From positions 41,536,161 through 41,574,018 of the forward strand of contig NC_068993.1 of NCBI RefSeq assembly GCF_001194135.2: 37,858 bases of DNA, given 5' to 3'. This DNA is from Octopus bimaculoides (taxonomy: Eukaryota). A model generated the notes under the pieces. It was not told where the DNA came from, made no database searches, and saw only the letters and a program-made list of their open reading frames with translations. The position numbers and the translations under genes are program-made. Numbering within the stretch: position 1 is the first letter of the stretch; the number at the start of each line of letters is the position of its first letter. Below are positions 36,921 through 37,858 of the stretch, piece by piece.

Positions 36921-37302
36921 GTATATTCAAAAACAGCATAAAAGGGGTAAGAGAGAAGTGAATGTTTTTACTAAAACAAACATTGCCAGGAGGAATAAGG
37001 TTACATAATACAGTAAATTAAAAGCATGTAGAGAACTGTGAAAGCCCTTTCCATTTCGGTTTTACACCCATCAGCTAATCATGTGAACAGATATCAGTTA
37101 CCAATAGCTATCGTTCTTTTCAATCTATTTTCTCTGACTACTCGTATATGCCGACATTTTCAACTATCTTACCGTTTCCCAGCTTCTTAATAGATAGTAG
37201 ATCAAAGGGTTTGCTGCTATGTTTTTCAACTGTACACATGTCATATAGAAAATACTGCGACATAATATGGCAGATGAAAAGGAAAGAGAAACTTGAAAGG
37301 TA

Positions 37303-37304
37303 GT

Positions 37305-37360
<56 letters not shown>

Positions 37361-37488
37361 TTGATGGTGTTTATGTAATCTTGATGATCATGGTAGTGAT
37401 AATAGTCGTAGCAGTTGTGGTGGTGCCATTGATGCTGGCAATAGTAGTGGCAGTGATAGCTGTTGCATAAGTCGTGATGCTGAAGACT

Positions 37489-37540
<52 letters not shown>
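37303..37540. repeat. Two (TAG)n tracts separated by degenerate trinucleotide sequence
   Basis: Direct inspection. Confidence 0.95.
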
Positions 37541-37541
<1 letters not shown>

Positions 37542-37821
37542 CGAAAGAAAAAATGTCGAATAAGGAGAAGAACAAGCACAATAGTGAAAAGTAATGTAAA
37601 GAAGTATCTTTCTTAAAAATGATGACGAAGAGAAATTTGAGAACAGAAATATATATAAACATAAAAAGGCAAAAAAAAAGACAAAAGCACAGAAAATATG
37701 TCTGATTAATATATGATAATGCAGAGATGGTGATGAAATAAAATAATTCTTATTTTAATTAACTACATACTATATACGTACATGAGCATACGCATATAGA
37801 AATATGCAATATAGAAAAATG

Positions 37822-37858
<37 letters not shown>

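Noticed and set aside
37040-37080. Minus-strand ctgatg-ggt-gtaaa-acc-gaaa
   Set aside because: A9 is missing and there is no valid stem III, cleavage triplet or stem I.

Overview
Animal genomic DNA with no recognisable intact gene. It is dominated by microsatellites and has 18 N-gaps (about 5.4 kb, roughly 14%), most of them next to simple repeats. The repeat families and assembly style suggest a coleoid cephalopod, probably Octopus; this is an inference. Nearly all ORFs in the supplied track are translations of microsatellites or N-runs. The interpretable content is: (i) fossil transposon coding fragments, namely an R4/Dong-clade restriction-like endonuclease 3' end sitting inside a (TATG)n tract, an RTE-clade LINE C-terminus and a mariner DD34D transposase; (ii) many copies of at least four tRNA-derived SINE families, including tandem trimers and inverted pairs; (iii) a hAT/Charlie-like MITE with a nested SINE; and (iv) several minimal type I hammerhead ribozyme motifs of the kind carried by Penelope-like elements. 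Two of these have intact cores (13573-13630 and 15018-15063). The most notable item is a tRNA-Ser-headed SINE whose body contains a hammerhead motif (14797-15152). All alignments and folds were done by eye; no searches were run.
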